A DNA stretch of 64,000 nt from Candidatus Multivoradales bacterium (GTDB lineage Bacteria; Acidobacteriota; Thermoanaerobaculia; Multivoradales; JAHEKO01): the NCBI GenBank assembly GCA_965223855.1, contig CBDCXM010000009.1, forward strand, positions 992,001 to 1,056,000. The letters are read 5' to 3'. The position numbers were made by a program, and so were the translations under genes. Positions 17,796 to 28,461 of the stretch are shown here, in pieces (the first letter of the stretch is position 1; the number at the start of each line of letters is the position of its first letter). Below the pieces are notes generated by a model. It saw only the letters and a list, made by a program, of their open reading frames with translations. It was not told the origin of the DNA and ran no database searches.

Positions 17796-19457
17796 CGACG
17801 TCCGAGGCTCGTCGGCCTCCTCTTCCCAGGCCAGCGTGCGGGCGTTGAGGAAGCCCCAGACGAAGTCGACCTGGAGCACCTCGAGGTTCGGCGGCTGGTT
17901 GCTGCCGTGGAACCAGTCTTCGTTCGGGATGCCGTGGCTCGACAGACCGTAGCCGTAGTCGCTGAGCTGGTTCTCGAAGACGCTCAAGGGGAAGACTCCG
18001 CGCCCTGGGATCCCAGGCGCCAGCACCCCGTGCGCGTCGGCACCCGCGCGGGCATGGCAGGTAATGCAGCTCGAACCGTTCATGAAACCGGCCTCGGTGA
18101 CGGAGTTGCCCAGCAGCGTCGTGCGGCCCATCGAGTCGACGAACTCGACCTGCGAGCCCTTGAGGCGGTAGGAGTGCCATGCCCGATCGGCGGCAGTCGG
18201 CTCGTGCTCCGCCTGGGCGGCCGAGACTCCGATACCGGCCGCGTCGAAGATCGCCGCGAGCTCCGGTCGGATCTTCCCCGGCGCGTAGACCTGATCGCGA
18301 TCGAAGACCCATGACGAGTCCACGAGGTCGTCGCAGCGCACCTTGGGGCGGATGAAGTTGTCGGCCGCGCCGGCCGGCACCCTGTCGGGGCTCCGGTGGC
18401 CGTAGGAGTCGTTGCAGCCGGTGAAGTCGCAGCGGCCGGGGAGGGCGACGTGCTCGAAGGTGGTCCACACCCAGTTGGGGATGTCCTTCGAGGAGACGTG
18501 GAAGGCGACCAGCCAGTGGATCTCCTCATCGCTGCCGTCGGCGTCGGCCATCCGCTTCTTGATGAACGGGAACTCGGGATCGTCCTCGATCCCCAGCGCC
18601 TTGCCGAGACTCTCCGCCAGCCAGTTCGACTTGATCATCACGGCGTGGCTCGGCAGGTCGATACGACTGAGGTCCGCCGACCGGTCGCCGCTCGCCGACA
18701 GGCTGGTCCGGTGGTAGGGGGCGTTGGCCGGAATGTTTCCGGCGTTGGCGGTAAAGACGTCGATCACGCCCTCGGCGTTGTAGAGGTTGTTGACGAACAG
18801 GTACTCGTGGAACGGGGCGTTGCGCACGGTCAGCTCCGAGTTGTCCTGCCGGATGATGCGGCCGATGCTCTCCTGCCCCTCCTTGTCGAGTTCGGCGGCC
18901 GGGATCAGCCGTTGGAGCCGCGAGCCGAGTCCGTGGACCGCGGGATTGACACCGGAGCGCAGACGACGGGGCACGGCTTCCATCTCCGCGGCGTCGAGAC
19001 GCTCCGCCACGAGGTCGCCGCCCGGGAAGAAGGGGCAATGCTCGCGGCTGTTGGCGGCATCTCCCGGCCGGCAACAGGAGTCCGATCCGGGTGACTGCCC
19101 CGTTTCGCACAGCGGCCACGGCTTCGGCGGCCAGTTCTGAGGCTCGTCGGCCCAACGCGTCCACCAGCCGTCGAGCACGGCATCGACGAACAGCTTCCAG
19201 GAGAACATGTCGGGGCAGGTCATCGCCGGGTTCGAGACCCGGTCGTCGATGACGAGGCGCCCCTGGTCGTAGCGCATCGAGCATTCCTCGCCGTCGCGAA
19301 CGTCGGCGTTGAAGTACATCGCGAAGTCGATCTGGTTCTTGCCCGGTGAGCACGACTCGGCGTCCGCCGGAGCGGCGAGGCCGCCGGCGAGCAACAGGAC
19401 GATCGTGGCCGCCGGCGCCCGAGAGCGCAGGTCGGCGGACAGGGGTGAGAAGAGCAT
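17790..19457 (-). CDS. secreted protein with a single c-type heme motif (CxxCH)
   Basis: AGGAGG RBS and ATG at 19457, signal peptide, SSCITCHARAG near the C-terminus, KDIPNWVWTTFEH. Confidence 0.75.
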   Translation of the reverse strand: MLFSPLSADLRSRAPAATIVLLLAGGLAAPADAESCSPGKNQIDFAMYFNADVRDGEECSMRYDQGRLVIDDRVSNPAMTCPDMFSWKLFVDAVLDGWWTRWADEPQNWPPKPWPLCETGQSPGSDSCCRPGDAANSREHCPFFPGGDLVAERLDAAEMEAVPRRLRSGVNPAVHGLGSRLQRLIPAAELDKEGQESIGRIIRQDNSELTVRNAPFHEYLFVNNLYNAEGVIDVFTANAGNIPANAPYHRTSLSASGDRSADLSRIDLPSHAVMIKSNWLAESLGKALGIEDDPEFPFIKKRMADADGSDEEIHWLVAFHVSSKDIPNWVWTTFEHVALPGRCDFTGCNDSYGHRSPDRVPAGAADNFIRPKVRCDDLVDSSWVFDRDQVYAPGKIRPELAAIFDAAGIGVSAAQAEHEPTAADRAWHSYRLKGSQVEFVDSMGRTTLLGNSVTEAGFMNGSSCITCHARAGADAHGVLAPGIPGRGVFPLSVFENQLSDYGYGLSSHGIPNEDWFHGSNQPPNLEVLQVDFVWGFLNARTLAWEEEADEPRTSP

Positions 19458-19711
19458 GACGCCTCCTTCCGCTGGAGATTGCTGGAATGTGCAAACCAGT
19501 ATGGCCCTGGTGCGCCTGCCGGCGCAAGCGGCTCGACCGGCGAGACCCCCTCCTGTGCCCGGGCCCTCGCGGCCGGATCGCCGCAACAAGGCACCCCCGC
19601 GGAATTGAACCTCCAGGAAGGAACCGCGCACTCATGACCTGACCCTCTGGTCAGATCCGGGTGGCTCTCACAGGCCCGGTGTCATCGGTTACCGTCCATG
19701 GGAGGACTCTC

Positions 19712-20539
19712 GTGAAGAGACTTGCGATCGCCGCATTCCTGGTTTTCTCCTTCGGAGCAACCTCAGGCTTAGACGCTGGATCGGTGGTGCCCTTCCTCTT
19801 CGGTGCGGATGGGGGCCAGGAGGTGCCTCCGGTCGCGAGTTCGGCGACCGGAGGTTGTTACGCCGTGCTCGACGAGCCGGCGTCCCTGCTCAACGTCACC
19901 TGCGCCCACGACCTCGGCGACGCTACGGCGGCGCACATCCACGCCGGCTCGCCCGGGATGTCCGGGCCGGTGGTCTTCAATCTCGGCGACCCCTCGACGA
20001 GCCCGTTTTCCGCCTCGTGGAGCGGCATGTCGGCGGCTGAGATCGCCGAGCTGCTTGCCGGGAACTACTACGTCAATATCCACACCACGACGCATCCGTC
20101 GGGCGAGCTTCGCGGGCAACTCGTCGCCAACGAGTCGTTCGACTTCGTCGCCCGACCCGACGAGTCGCAGTCGGTGCCACCTACCGGCTCGGAGGCGATC
20201 GGGGATTGCACGATCGACTACGACACCAACTTCGCCATGCTGAGCGTCGACTGCACCCATGACGTGGTTGCTCCCACTGCGGCCCACATCCACATCGGCG
20301 CGGTGGGCATGAGTGGGCCGATCGTCTTCAATCTCGGCGACCCAGTGAGCCCCATCACCTTCGACACGATTCCCAGCCCCGCGGAGCTGGCGGAGCTCGC
20401 GGCGAGCCTCTACTACGTCAACATCCATTCCGGCGCCTTCCCAGCCGGCGAGATCCGCGGCCAGGTGATCACGACCCGGCTGTTCGCAGACGGTTTCGAG
20501 TCCGGCGACACGTCGGCATGGTCTTCGGTCCTGCCCTGA
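19712..20539 (+). CDS. secreted protein with two CHRD domains and a C-terminal FADGFESGD tag
   Basis: QEVPP..ATG, TAAHIH, YYVNIHT..PSGELRGQ repeated twice; GGAGG RBS before GTG 19712. Confidence 0.9.
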   Translation: MKRLAIAAFLVFSFGATSGLDAGSVVPFLFGADGGQEVPPVASSATGGCYAVLDEPASLLNVTCAHDLGDATAAHIHAGSPGMSGPVVFNLGDPSTSPFSASWSGMSAAEIAELLAGNYYVNIHTTTHPSGELRGQLVANESFDFVARPDESQSVPPTGSEAIGDCTIDYDTNFAMLSVDCTHDVVAPTAAHIHIGAVGMSGPIVFNLGDPVSPITFDTIPSPAELAELAASLYYVNIHSGAFPAGEIRGQVITTRLFADGFESGDTSAWSSVLP

Positions 20540-20779
20540 GCCACCCGAAGGCGTAGTCGCCGAAGAACACCTCCGCAGTAGACCGATCTCCCGGCATCCG
20601 CCGCTGCCGGGAGGTCGAGTTTGCCAGGGTGCAGCGGCGCGAGAAGTTCAGGCTAAACTGCATGAGCGAATTCGTGCAGTCGAAGAGCGACTCGACCCGG
20701 AGGTGGGGTCGCGACAACCCTCGCAGCGGACCCTCGCGCGTCGGCTCGGCCGCGCGCCGTGGGGAGAGAGGAGAGCCCC

Positions 20780-22738
20780 ATGCCGGACGGCCAGAGTAGA
20801 GCGAAGTTCTTCCGCGAGAACCCGCGGGCGAGCGCCTGGGCGGCGCTCGACGAGGCGACCAATCAGCAGCAGAAGACCGCCCCGGGTGCGATCAAGCTCG
20901 GGAAAGGGCGCTACGACGGGAAGCGGGCCGTCATCCTCGGTGCCGGCGTCGCCGGGCTGACCACCGCCTACGAGCTCCTCGCCCAGAAGAGCGGCATGGA
21001 GGTCACCGTGCTGGAGGCGCAAAACCGCACGGGAGGGCGCTGCCTGAGCCTGCGCACCGGCGACACGCTGACCGAGGACGCCGACTCGAAGCTCACCGGC
21101 TCGGAGCCGGGCGAGACCCAGGTGGTGCGTTTCGAACAGCCGGTCGGCGATGCGGCGCCCTACCTCAACGCCGGGCCCGGGCGCATCCCTTCGGCGCACA
21201 AGCGGCTGCTCTCCTACCTCAAGCAGTTCGGCGTCGCCGTCGAGGTCTACGTCATGAACTCGATGTCGAACCTCGTGCAGATGAAGGACGGCCCGCTCGG
21301 CAACGACGAGCCGGTGGTCTACCGCCGCCTCGACCACAACACCCGCGGCTGGCTGGCGCAGATGGTCTACGAGCGGGCCGAGGATCTGCTCCGCTGTTCG
21401 GGGATCGAAATCGCGGAGGAGGACATCCCGGAGCGCACCCGGCAGCTGCGGAGCCTGATGATCAGCTTCGGCGAGCTGATCGCCGAGGACGACGAGCATC
21501 CCGAGAACGTCGGCAAGTACGTGCCGACGGAGGGTGAGGAGGGGTTCGAGAACGCCCGTTCGCGCGCCGGTTTCGACGTCCTGCCGGGCGTCCACGCCGG
21601 CAGGATCGCCGAGGCGCTCGATCTCGCCGCCCTGCTCGAGTCGAAGTTCTGGAAGAAGACCCGCTTCTACCAGCCGGTGGACTTCCTCTGGCAGCAGACG
21701 CTCTTCCAGCCGGTCGGCGGCATGGACCAGGTGCAGCACGCCTTCGCCCGCCAGGTCGCCTCGCTCGGCGGCACGATCCACCTCAACAGCCCGGTGCGGC
21801 ACATCGGCTGGGACTCCGAGACGCGCGAGTTCGTCATCCAGGTCGGTCAGATGGGGACCGAGGAGACGATCGAGTATCGAGCCGATTACTGCTTCTCGAA
21901 TCTCGCCATGCCGTTCCTGCGCGACATCGTCTCGAACGATCTCCAGGGCGAGGGTGAAGGGGGCTTCAACGCGGAGTTCAAGGCCGGCCTCCACGCCGTC
22001 TACAAGGCGCAGTTCGATCCGACGCCGCCGAAGGACTGGAAGCCGTGCGACCTGAAGGACGACGACTGCTACATCCCGCGCTTCCTCGCCAACACCACCA
22101 AGGTCGGCTGGCAGGCCGATCGCGAGCTGTGGCAGGGGCGGCCGATGGAGAGGAGCCACGACGACGAGCACGGTGCCGAGACGATCGACCCTCCGAAGTC
22201 GGAGGTCGGCGTGGTGCCGATCTTCGGCGGCATCTCCTGGACCCAGCACGAGATCGTCCAGATCTGGTACCCGTCGAACGACTACCACGACGAGAAGGGC
22301 ATCCTCACCGGTGCCTACAACTTCGCCGACACCGCCTTCCGCTGGGGAAGGATGGACGTTCAGGACCGGCTCGACTGTGCGCGGCAGGGAGCGGCGCGCT
22401 TCGACGAGACGTTCGCCGCCGGGCTCGACGACGGCGTCGCCATCGCCTGGCAGAACATGCCCTACATCAAAGGCGGCTGGGCGCAGTGGCAGACGGTCGA
22501 CGACGCCGTCGCGCACTTCAACGTCCTCGACCAGGGCACCGGCATCGTCGGCGCCGACGGCACCGAGTCCGACCCGGTCTTCTTCGTCATCGGCGACCAG
22601 ATCTCTTCCCTGCCGGGCTGGCAGGAGGGGGCGATCGCCTCGGCGCTGATCGCGCTCAGCCGTATGGAGCGCCCGGACCTGGCGACGCCGCATCTCAGGA
22701 CGCTGCCCGATCCGCGGCTCATGGTGGAGGGCGTCTAG
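20780..22738 (+). CDS. flavin monoamine oxidase / L-amino-acid oxidase family protein
   Basis: ILGAGVAGL..VTVLEAQNRTGGR FAD fold, NAGPGRIP, QPVGGMD, IGDQIS.LPGWQEGA. Confidence 0.9.
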   Translation: MPDGQSRAKFFRENPRASAWAALDEATNQQQKTAPGAIKLGKGRYDGKRAVILGAGVAGLTTAYELLAQKSGMEVTVLEAQNRTGGRCLSLRTGDTLTEDADSKLTGSEPGETQVVRFEQPVGDAAPYLNAGPGRIPSAHKRLLSYLKQFGVAVEVYVMNSMSNLVQMKDGPLGNDEPVVYRRLDHNTRGWLAQMVYERAEDLLRCSGIEIAEEDIPERTRQLRSLMISFGELIAEDDEHPENVGKYVPTEGEEGFENARSRAGFDVLPGVHAGRIAEALDLAALLESKFWKKTRFYQPVDFLWQQTLFQPVGGMDQVQHAFARQVASLGGTIHLNSPVRHIGWDSETREFVIQVGQMGTEETIEYRADYCFSNLAMPFLRDIVSNDLQGEGEGGFNAEFKAGLHAVYKAQFDPTPPKDWKPCDLKDDDCYIPRFLANTTKVGWQADRELWQGRPMERSHDDEHGAETIDPPKSEVGVVPIFGGISWTQHEIVQIWYPSNDYHDEKGILTGAYNFADTAFRWGRMDVQDRLDCARQGAARFDETFAAGLDDGVAIAWQNMPYIKGGWAQWQTVDDAVAHFNVLDQGTGIVGADGTESDPVFFVIGDQISSLPGWQEGAIASALIALSRMERPDLATPHLRTLPDPRLMVEGV

Positions 22739-22867
22739 CCGCTGGCCGTGAGCGGGACGGGCCGGCTCTCGCATCGCATCGCTTCGACAGGCCAACGGAC
22801 GAGTTTCCACGGTCCCATCGGGTCGGGTAACTTGAGCGGACACCGCCCATCCGACAGGAGTCCCGCG

Positions 22868-24628
22868 ATGATCGCTTCTCGAGTTCGTTCTCTCACGCTT
22901 CTGCTGCTGGCTTCGAGCCTGCTGGCAGGTTCGGTGGCTTCGGCCGGGCCTGCCGAAACCACCCCGAGTGTGGCCCTCGAGGCGCTCCTCGCCGATCATT
23001 GGGAGCGAGCGAACGAGGAGCAGGTCTTCTTCCGCAGCGACCCCGATGCCTGGCGGATGAACGGGCCGCTCTCCGAGCACACGGCCGAAGCGCGGGAGCG
23101 CCGGCGGGCGTTCAACGAGCAGGTGCTCGAGCGGCTGGCGGCGATCGACGAGCAACAGCTCCAGGGCGAGGACCGCATCACCTACCGGCTGTTTCGCTAC
23201 GAGCGCGAGATCGAGCGTGAGAGCTACGAGCTCTACGACCACCGCTTCCCCTTCACCAGCCTCTTCGGCTACCACACCTACTTCGCCGAGGCGCCGGCCA
23301 ACATGTCGTTTCTCACGGCCGACGACTACGACCGGTATCTCGTGAGCCTGGCCGACTTCACGCGCTACAACCGAGAGCGGATCGCCGAGCTGGCGGAGGG
23401 GGTCGAGACCGGCTACACCCACTACTGCGAGGCGATCGCCGACTACGGGCGGACGATCGAGACCCACATCGTCGACGAGCCGACCGAGAGCGCTCTCTAC
23501 GTGCCGTTCCGGGAGTTCCCGGCCGCGATCGACGAGCCCGCCCGGGAGCGATACCGCTCGAGAGGCGCCGAGCTGATCCGCGAGGTCATCGTCCCCGGCT
23601 ACCGCGAGCTCGACGCCTTCTTCCGCGACGCGTACCTGCCCGCGTGCCGAAAGGAGGTCGGTATCACGGCGCTCGAGGGGGGCGACGCCTACTACCGATA
23701 CCTGATCCGCTACTTCACCACCACCGACATGACGCCTCGCGAGATCCACGACCTGGGGCTCGCCGAGGTCGAGCGGATCGGCGCCGAGATGGAGGCGATT
23801 CTCGCCACCGTCGGCTTCGAGGGCGACGTCCCGGCGTTCCTCGAGTACCTGCGCGACGAGCCGCGCTTCTACGCCACGAGCGTCGACGAGATTCTCGGCC
23901 GCGCGGCGCTGATCGCCAAGACCGCCGAAGGGGAGCTGCCGCGCTTCTTCGGCTTGCTGCCGCGAGGCACCTACAAGCTGGCTGCCAACACGGGCCGCGG
24001 CAGCTTCTACATGCCGTCCTCAGGCGACGGGACGACGTCCGGCACCTACTTCGTCGGCGTCGAGGATCTCTCCTCGCAGCCGCTCTACACCCTCGAGGCG
24101 CTCACTCTCCACGAGGGGGTGCCGGGCCACCACCTCCAGACCGCTTTGGCGATGGAGCTCGGCCTGCCGGAGTTCCGGCGCACTCTCTACCACTCCGCCT
24201 TCGGCGAGGGGTGGGGGCTCTACTCCGAGTGGCTCGGCAAGGAGATGGGCTTCTACACCGACCCCTACAGCGAGTTCGGTCGGCTGAGCTACGAGATGTG
24301 GCGTGCCGTGAGGCTGGTGGTCGACACCGGCCTCCACGCCTTCGGCTGGTCGCGCCAGGAGGCGATCGACTACATGCTCGCCAACACCGCCGCCAGCGAG
24401 CTCGAGACCCGCCGCGAGATCGACCGCTACATCACCTGGCCGGCCCAGGCACTCTCCTACAAGATCGGCGAGTTGCGAATCCGGGCGATGCGGGCGCGCG
24501 CCGAGGAGGAGCTGGGCGCCGCGTTCGACCTGCGCCGCTTCCACGACACCCTCATCGGCCACGGCTCCCTGCCGATCGCGGTGCTCGAGTCGGTGGTGGC
24601 GGAGTGGATCGCCGGCCGGAGCGAGTGA
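22868..24628 (+). CDS. DUF885-family secreted protein
   Basis: HEGVPGHHLQ, EGWGLYSE, RAVRLVVDTGLH, PAQALSYKIG. Confidence 0.92.
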   Translation: MIASRVRSLTLLLLASSLLAGSVASAGPAETTPSVALEALLADHWERANEEQVFFRSDPDAWRMNGPLSEHTAEARERRRAFNEQVLERLAAIDEQQLQGEDRITYRLFRYEREIERESYELYDHRFPFTSLFGYHTYFAEAPANMSFLTADDYDRYLVSLADFTRYNRERIAELAEGVETGYTHYCEAIADYGRTIETHIVDEPTESALYVPFREFPAAIDEPARERYRSRGAELIREVIVPGYRELDAFFRDAYLPACRKEVGITALEGGDAYYRYLIRYFTTTDMTPREIHDLGLAEVERIGAEMEAILATVGFEGDVPAFLEYLRDEPRFYATSVDEILGRAALIAKTAEGELPRFFGLLPRGTYKLAANTGRGSFYMPSSGDGTTSGTYFVGVEDLSSQPLYTLEALTLHEGVPGHHLQTALAMELGLPEFRRTLYHSAFGEGWGLYSEWLGKEMGFYTDPYSEFGRLSYEMWRAVRLVVDTGLHAFGWSRQEAIDYMLANTAASELETRREIDRYITWPAQALSYKIGELRIRAMRARAEEELGAAFDLRRFHDTLIGHGSLPIAVLESVVAEWIAGRSE

Positions 24629-24683
24629 GCGACGGCGACCACTCTGAGGCTCCACGGCTCCAGCCGACTTCCGAGTTCTCGGC

Positions 24684-25109
24684 TCAGCGAGGCACGACGA
24701 AGACGTCGATGATGTAGTCGAGCCCGTCGCGATGACAGATCGCGGGCAGGTCTTCGTCCGAAGCGGCCTGAATCCGGGTCAGTGTCCGCCGGATCTCGAG
24801 CGCCAGCTCGTCCAGAACCACGCCCGAGCCGCCGGACGCATGTCGCAGAGCCAGCCGGGCCTCTCTCACAGCGCCCTGGCGATCGCCCTGCGCGCCGCGC
24901 GCGAACGCGATCAGGTAGTGACCGGCTGCCGGCCAGACCTCCAGCAAAGGTCCGTTCGGCTCGTTGCGGATCCAGGTGCGCGCTGCCGCTTCCACGGCCG
25001 CGTAGTCTCCGTCGCGCCACTTCACGTCGAGGCCGGGCAGGGTCAGGGCCGGCAGGTGGGCCGCGAACAGCGCGACCAGCAGGGTGAGGGCTGTAGCGAT
25101 TCGTTTCAT
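24684..25109 (-). CDS. secreted helical hypothetical protein
   Basis: GAGGA RBS, signal peptide, TPR-like helix pair. Confidence 0.65.
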   Translation of the reverse strand: MKRIATALTLLVALFAAHLPALTLPGLDVKWRDGDYAAVEAAARTWIRNEPNGPLLEVWPAAGHYLIAFARGAQGDRQGAVREARLALRHASGGSGVVLDELALEIRRTLTRIQAASDEDLPAICHRDGLDYIIDVFVVPR

Positions 25110-25240
25110 GGCAGTTCCTCCTGTCTCTCATGGCGCCATCAGGGTGAGAAGAAGGACACTGCGTCCTCGCGACGTGCGCGCAGCTCGTCGCTCCTGCCGA
25201 GCTGACGTAGGCTCGGCATGGTCGGCCACCCGTCCCGCTG

Positions 25241-26119
25241 ATGAAGATCCGACGTCGCCCCAGCCCGATGTTCCGAAGCCTTTTCGTCACGCTCGTCCTC
25301 GTCGAGGTCGGCCTGCCGCTCCTCCTCTTCGTGCTGCGCGACCGGTTCGTTTTCCTGCCTTCGCAGGTCCCGACCGCCGAGCAGGGAATGGCCGCGCTTC
25401 GCGGTCGCGCGAAGGTCGAGCTCGTCGGCGTCCGGCGCGACGACGACCGCCGGCTCGCCGCCTACGACGCGACCCCACCCGACGGCGCCGATCCGACCGA
25501 CCCGGTCGTGCTCTTCCTTCACGGCAACGCCGGCAACCTCGGTCTGCGGGCTCCCCAGCTCGAAGCGTTCGTCGCCGGCACCGGTCTGCGCACCCTGATG
25601 CTCGACTACTCAGGCTACGGCGGCAATCCCGGCCGTCCGTCGGAGAAGACCGCCTACGAAGACGCCGTCGCCGCCTTCGACCACCTCGTCGCGAGCGGCG
25701 TCGAAGCAGACCGCATCGTGCTCTACGGCGAGAGCCTCGGCGCTGCCGTCGCGTTCGGACTGGCCGAGCACCGCTCGCCCGCCGGCATCGTTGCCCAGTC
25801 TGCTTTCTCTTCCCTGTCCTCGATGGCGTGGGAGGTCTACCCGTGGCTGCCGCTCGGCAGCCTGCTGGCGCGCGGTGCCTTCCCGTCGGCAAGCCGGGCG
25901 GCAGAGCTCGACGTGCCGCTCCTCGTCGTCCACGGCACCGAAGACCGGATCGTCCCCTTCAGCGAAGGCCGGAGGCTCCACCGCGCGGCGGGCGCCGGCG
26001 CCGAGCTGCTGGCGATCGAAGGGGCCGGGCACAACGACCTCTTCGCCGTGGCCGGTAGCGGGTACCTCGAGCGGCTCGGCGAGCGGCTAAGGTCGTGGTG
26101 CGGCTCGAATTCGCTCTGA
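25241..26119 (+). CDS. alpha/beta hydrolase (BEM46/ABHD13-like)
   Basis: FLHGNAGN, DYSGYG, GESLG, HGTEDRIVP, GAGHND. Confidence 0.9.
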   Translation: MKIRRRPSPMFRSLFVTLVLVEVGLPLLLFVLRDRFVFLPSQVPTAEQGMAALRGRAKVELVGVRRDDDRRLAAYDATPPDGADPTDPVVLFLHGNAGNLGLRAPQLEAFVAGTGLRTLMLDYSGYGGNPGRPSEKTAYEDAVAAFDHLVASGVEADRIVLYGESLGAAVAFGLAEHRSPAGIVAQSAFSSLSSMAWEVYPWLPLGSLLARGAFPSASRAAELDVPLLVVHGTEDRIVPFSEGRRLHRAAGAGAELLAIEGAGHNDLFAVAGSGYLERLGERLRSWCGSNSL

Positions 26120-26601
26120 TGGGAGAGATCACGCTCCGAACCACGGTGATGGCGCCGATCGCCACGGTCTTCGATCTGGCCCGCGACGTCACCGCACACT
26201 GCCGCACCTGCGACTTCACCGACGAGGCCGTGGTAGCTCCCGGGCGAACCGAGGGACTCCTGGAACTCGGAGACCTCGTCACGTTCGAAGCGAGGCACCT
26301 CGGCCTTCGCCAGCGACTCACCGCAGAGATCGTCGAACTGGAGCGTCCGCATCGGTTCGTCGACGAGATGAGGCGGGGAGTCTTCCGAGCGCTCACTCAC
26401 GAGCACACCTTCACGGAATCACCGGCCGGGGTGCTCATGACGGACCGGCTCCGATGGACCTCTCCCCTCGGTTTGCTGGGGCGAGTAGCCGACGCGCTGA
26501 TCGTCGAGCGGCACTTGGAGTGGTTCCTCCGGCGGAAACAGACCAATCTGAAACTCCTTGCCGAGGGGGACTCGCCCGAGCAGATCGGCACATCCCAGTA
26601 G
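26119..26601 (+). CDS. SRPBCC-family protein
   Basis: TGATG overlap; VTFEARHLG, FVDEM..GVF..HEHTF, SPLGLLG. Confidence 0.85.
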   Translation: MGEITLRTTVMAPIATVFDLARDVTAHCRTCDFTDEAVVAPGRTEGLLELGDLVTFEARHLGLRQRLTAEIVELERPHRFVDEMRRGVFRALTHEHTFTESPAGVLMTDRLRWTSPLGLLGRVADALIVERHLEWFLRRKQTNLKLLAEGDSPEQIGTSQ

Positions 26602-26748
26602 TTCAGTGTCGCTGGGTGCCTCAATCGGCTCGCGCCTGCGCCCAGTCGAGCCCGACGCCAGGTAGTTGCGAAGCCGCTGGGCGGTAGAGGTCGCGACCGG
26701 CAACACCCCGACCTGAGACCTTCCTGAGACAGAGAAACGAGTAACGAC

Positions 26749-28146
26749 ATGCGGGCAAGAGAACTCAGAGAGATCGGCTTCCCGGCCGGGGAGTCCACCA
26801 GGGCGGCGCTCGAGACCGCAGGGGCTCTGCGCAAGCAGGGCCGCAGCGTGCGCCAGATCCGCGACGCCTTTGCCGAGCTGGTGGCGGCGCCGGAGAGCTT
26901 CGTCGACGACGAGGCTCTGGGTGCCCTGGCGGCCATGGTGGTCGAGAAGCGCGCTGCCGAGGCGAGCTTCGTGCCGCGCGACGAACCGGCGCCGTATCGC
27001 CGCTGGGGTGACGACCTGGAGGAGCAGTCGATCCGCCAGATGGAGAACGCCTGCGCCCTGCCGGTGGCGGTGCGCGGTGCCCTGATGCCGGACGCTCACC
27101 TCGGCTACGGCCTGCCGATCGGCGGCGTACTGGCGGCCCGCAACGCGGTGATCCCGTACGCCGTCGGCGTCGACATCGCCTGCCGGGTGAAGATGACCGT
27201 GCTCGACCTGCCGACCACGGCGATCGAGGACGAGGCCGACCGCCTCAAGAGCGCGCTGGCTCGCGAGACGCAGTTCGGCATCGGGGCGAGCTTCAAGCGC
27301 CGCCGTGAGCACGCGGTGATGGACGCCGACTGGGGCGTCACGCCGGTGACGCGCGGTCTCAAGGATCGCGCCTGGGCGCAGCTCGGCACCAGCGGCTCGG
27401 GCAACCACTTCGTCGAGTTCGGGGTGCTGACGATCGACAACGACGAGCTGCCACTCGAGCATGGCGAGTACCTGGCACTGCTGAGCCACAGCGGCTCGCG
27501 CGGTGCGGGTGCCGCGGTCGCGAGCCACTACAGCAAGCTGGCGGCGCGCCTCCACCCGGAGCTGCCGCGCGAGCTCGGCCACCTGTCGTGGCTCGACCTC
27601 GACACCGAGGAGGGCGACGACTACTGGCAGGCGATGAGCCTGATGGGCGAGTACGCCTCGGCGAACCACGCCTGCATCCATCGCCATGTCGCGGCCAGCC
27701 TCGGTGCCGAGGTGCGGCTCGACCTAGAGAACCATCACAACTTCGCCTGGAAGGAGGTCCACGACGGCGAGGAGGTGATCGTCCATCGCAAGGGGGCGAC
27801 GCCGGCGGGCGAGGGTGTGCTCGGCATCATCCCCGGCTCGATGGCGACCGAGACGTACGTGGTGCGTGGACGCGGCAGCGACGAGTCGCTGCATTCCGCG
27901 GCACACGGTGCCGGTCGGGTCATGAGCCGTACGCAGGCGAAGAAGACGCTCAACTGGGAGGAGGCGCGAGCCTTCCTCACGGAACGGAAGGTCACCCTGC
28001 TCTCGGCCGGGCTCGACGAAGTCCCCGCGGTCTATAAGGACATCCACTCGGTGATGGCCGCTCAGGCCGATCTGGTGGATCCGCTGGCGACCTTCCAGCC
28101 TCGGATCGTCAAGATGGCGCGCGCCGGAGAGCGGCCGGAGGACTGA
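26749..28146 (+). CDS. rtcB: RtcB RNA ligase
   Basis: LMPDAHLGYGLPIGG, VGVDIAC, LGTSGSGNHF, HSGSRG, HHNFAW, HRKGAT, IPGSM, HGAGR, DEVP..YK. Confidence 0.95.
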   Translation: MRARELREIGFPAGESTRAALETAGALRKQGRSVRQIRDAFAELVAAPESFVDDEALGALAAMVVEKRAAEASFVPRDEPAPYRRWGDDLEEQSIRQMENACALPVAVRGALMPDAHLGYGLPIGGVLAARNAVIPYAVGVDIACRVKMTVLDLPTTAIEDEADRLKSALARETQFGIGASFKRRREHAVMDADWGVTPVTRGLKDRAWAQLGTSGSGNHFVEFGVLTIDNDELPLEHGEYLALLSHSGSRGAGAAVASHYSKLAARLHPELPRELGHLSWLDLDTEEGDDYWQAMSLMGEYASANHACIHRHVAASLGAEVRLDLENHHNFAWKEVHDGEEVIVHRKGATPAGEGVLGIIPGSMATETYVVRGRGSDESLHSAAHGAGRVMSRTQAKKTLNWEEARAFLTERKVTLLSAGLDEVPAVYKDIHSVMAAQADLVDPLATFQPRIVKMARAGERPED

Positions 28147-28173
28147 CCCTGGCCGTCCTCTCCGGACCGGCGT

Positions 28174-28461
28174 TCAGTAGTGGTAGCGGGCCTGCAGGAA
28201 CCGCACCGTGGTGTCAGTCACGGCGTAGACCACGCGATGCTCCTGCGTCAGGCGGCGCGACCACAGGCCCCTCAGTTGGCCCCGGAGCGGCTCCGGCTTG
28301 CCGATGCCGTTGAACGGGTCGCGTAGGGTCTCACGGACGATTCGCACGAGCCGAAGCGCGGTCCTGCGGTCGGTGCGGATCCAGTGATCGAGATCCTCGA
28401 GAAACCCGCCGGCGAAGACGGCGCTTCGGTCAGGACTGCGATCAGCGCTGAGACCGCCCAT
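28174..28461 (-). CDS. yoeB: Txe/YoeB-family mRNA interferase toxin
   Basis: PFNGIGKPEPL..WSRRLTQEHRVVY..ARYHY. Confidence 0.93.
   Translation of the reverse strand: MGGLSADRSPDRSAVFAGGFLEDLDHWIRTDRRTALRLVRIVRETLRDPFNGIGKPEPLRGQLRGLWSRRLTQEHRVVYAVTDTTVRFLQARYHY

Noticed and set aside
20648-23749. 1033-aa ORF on the minus strand
   Set aside because: Antisense shadow of the amine oxidase and DUF885 genes; stop-poor because of high GC and has no motifs
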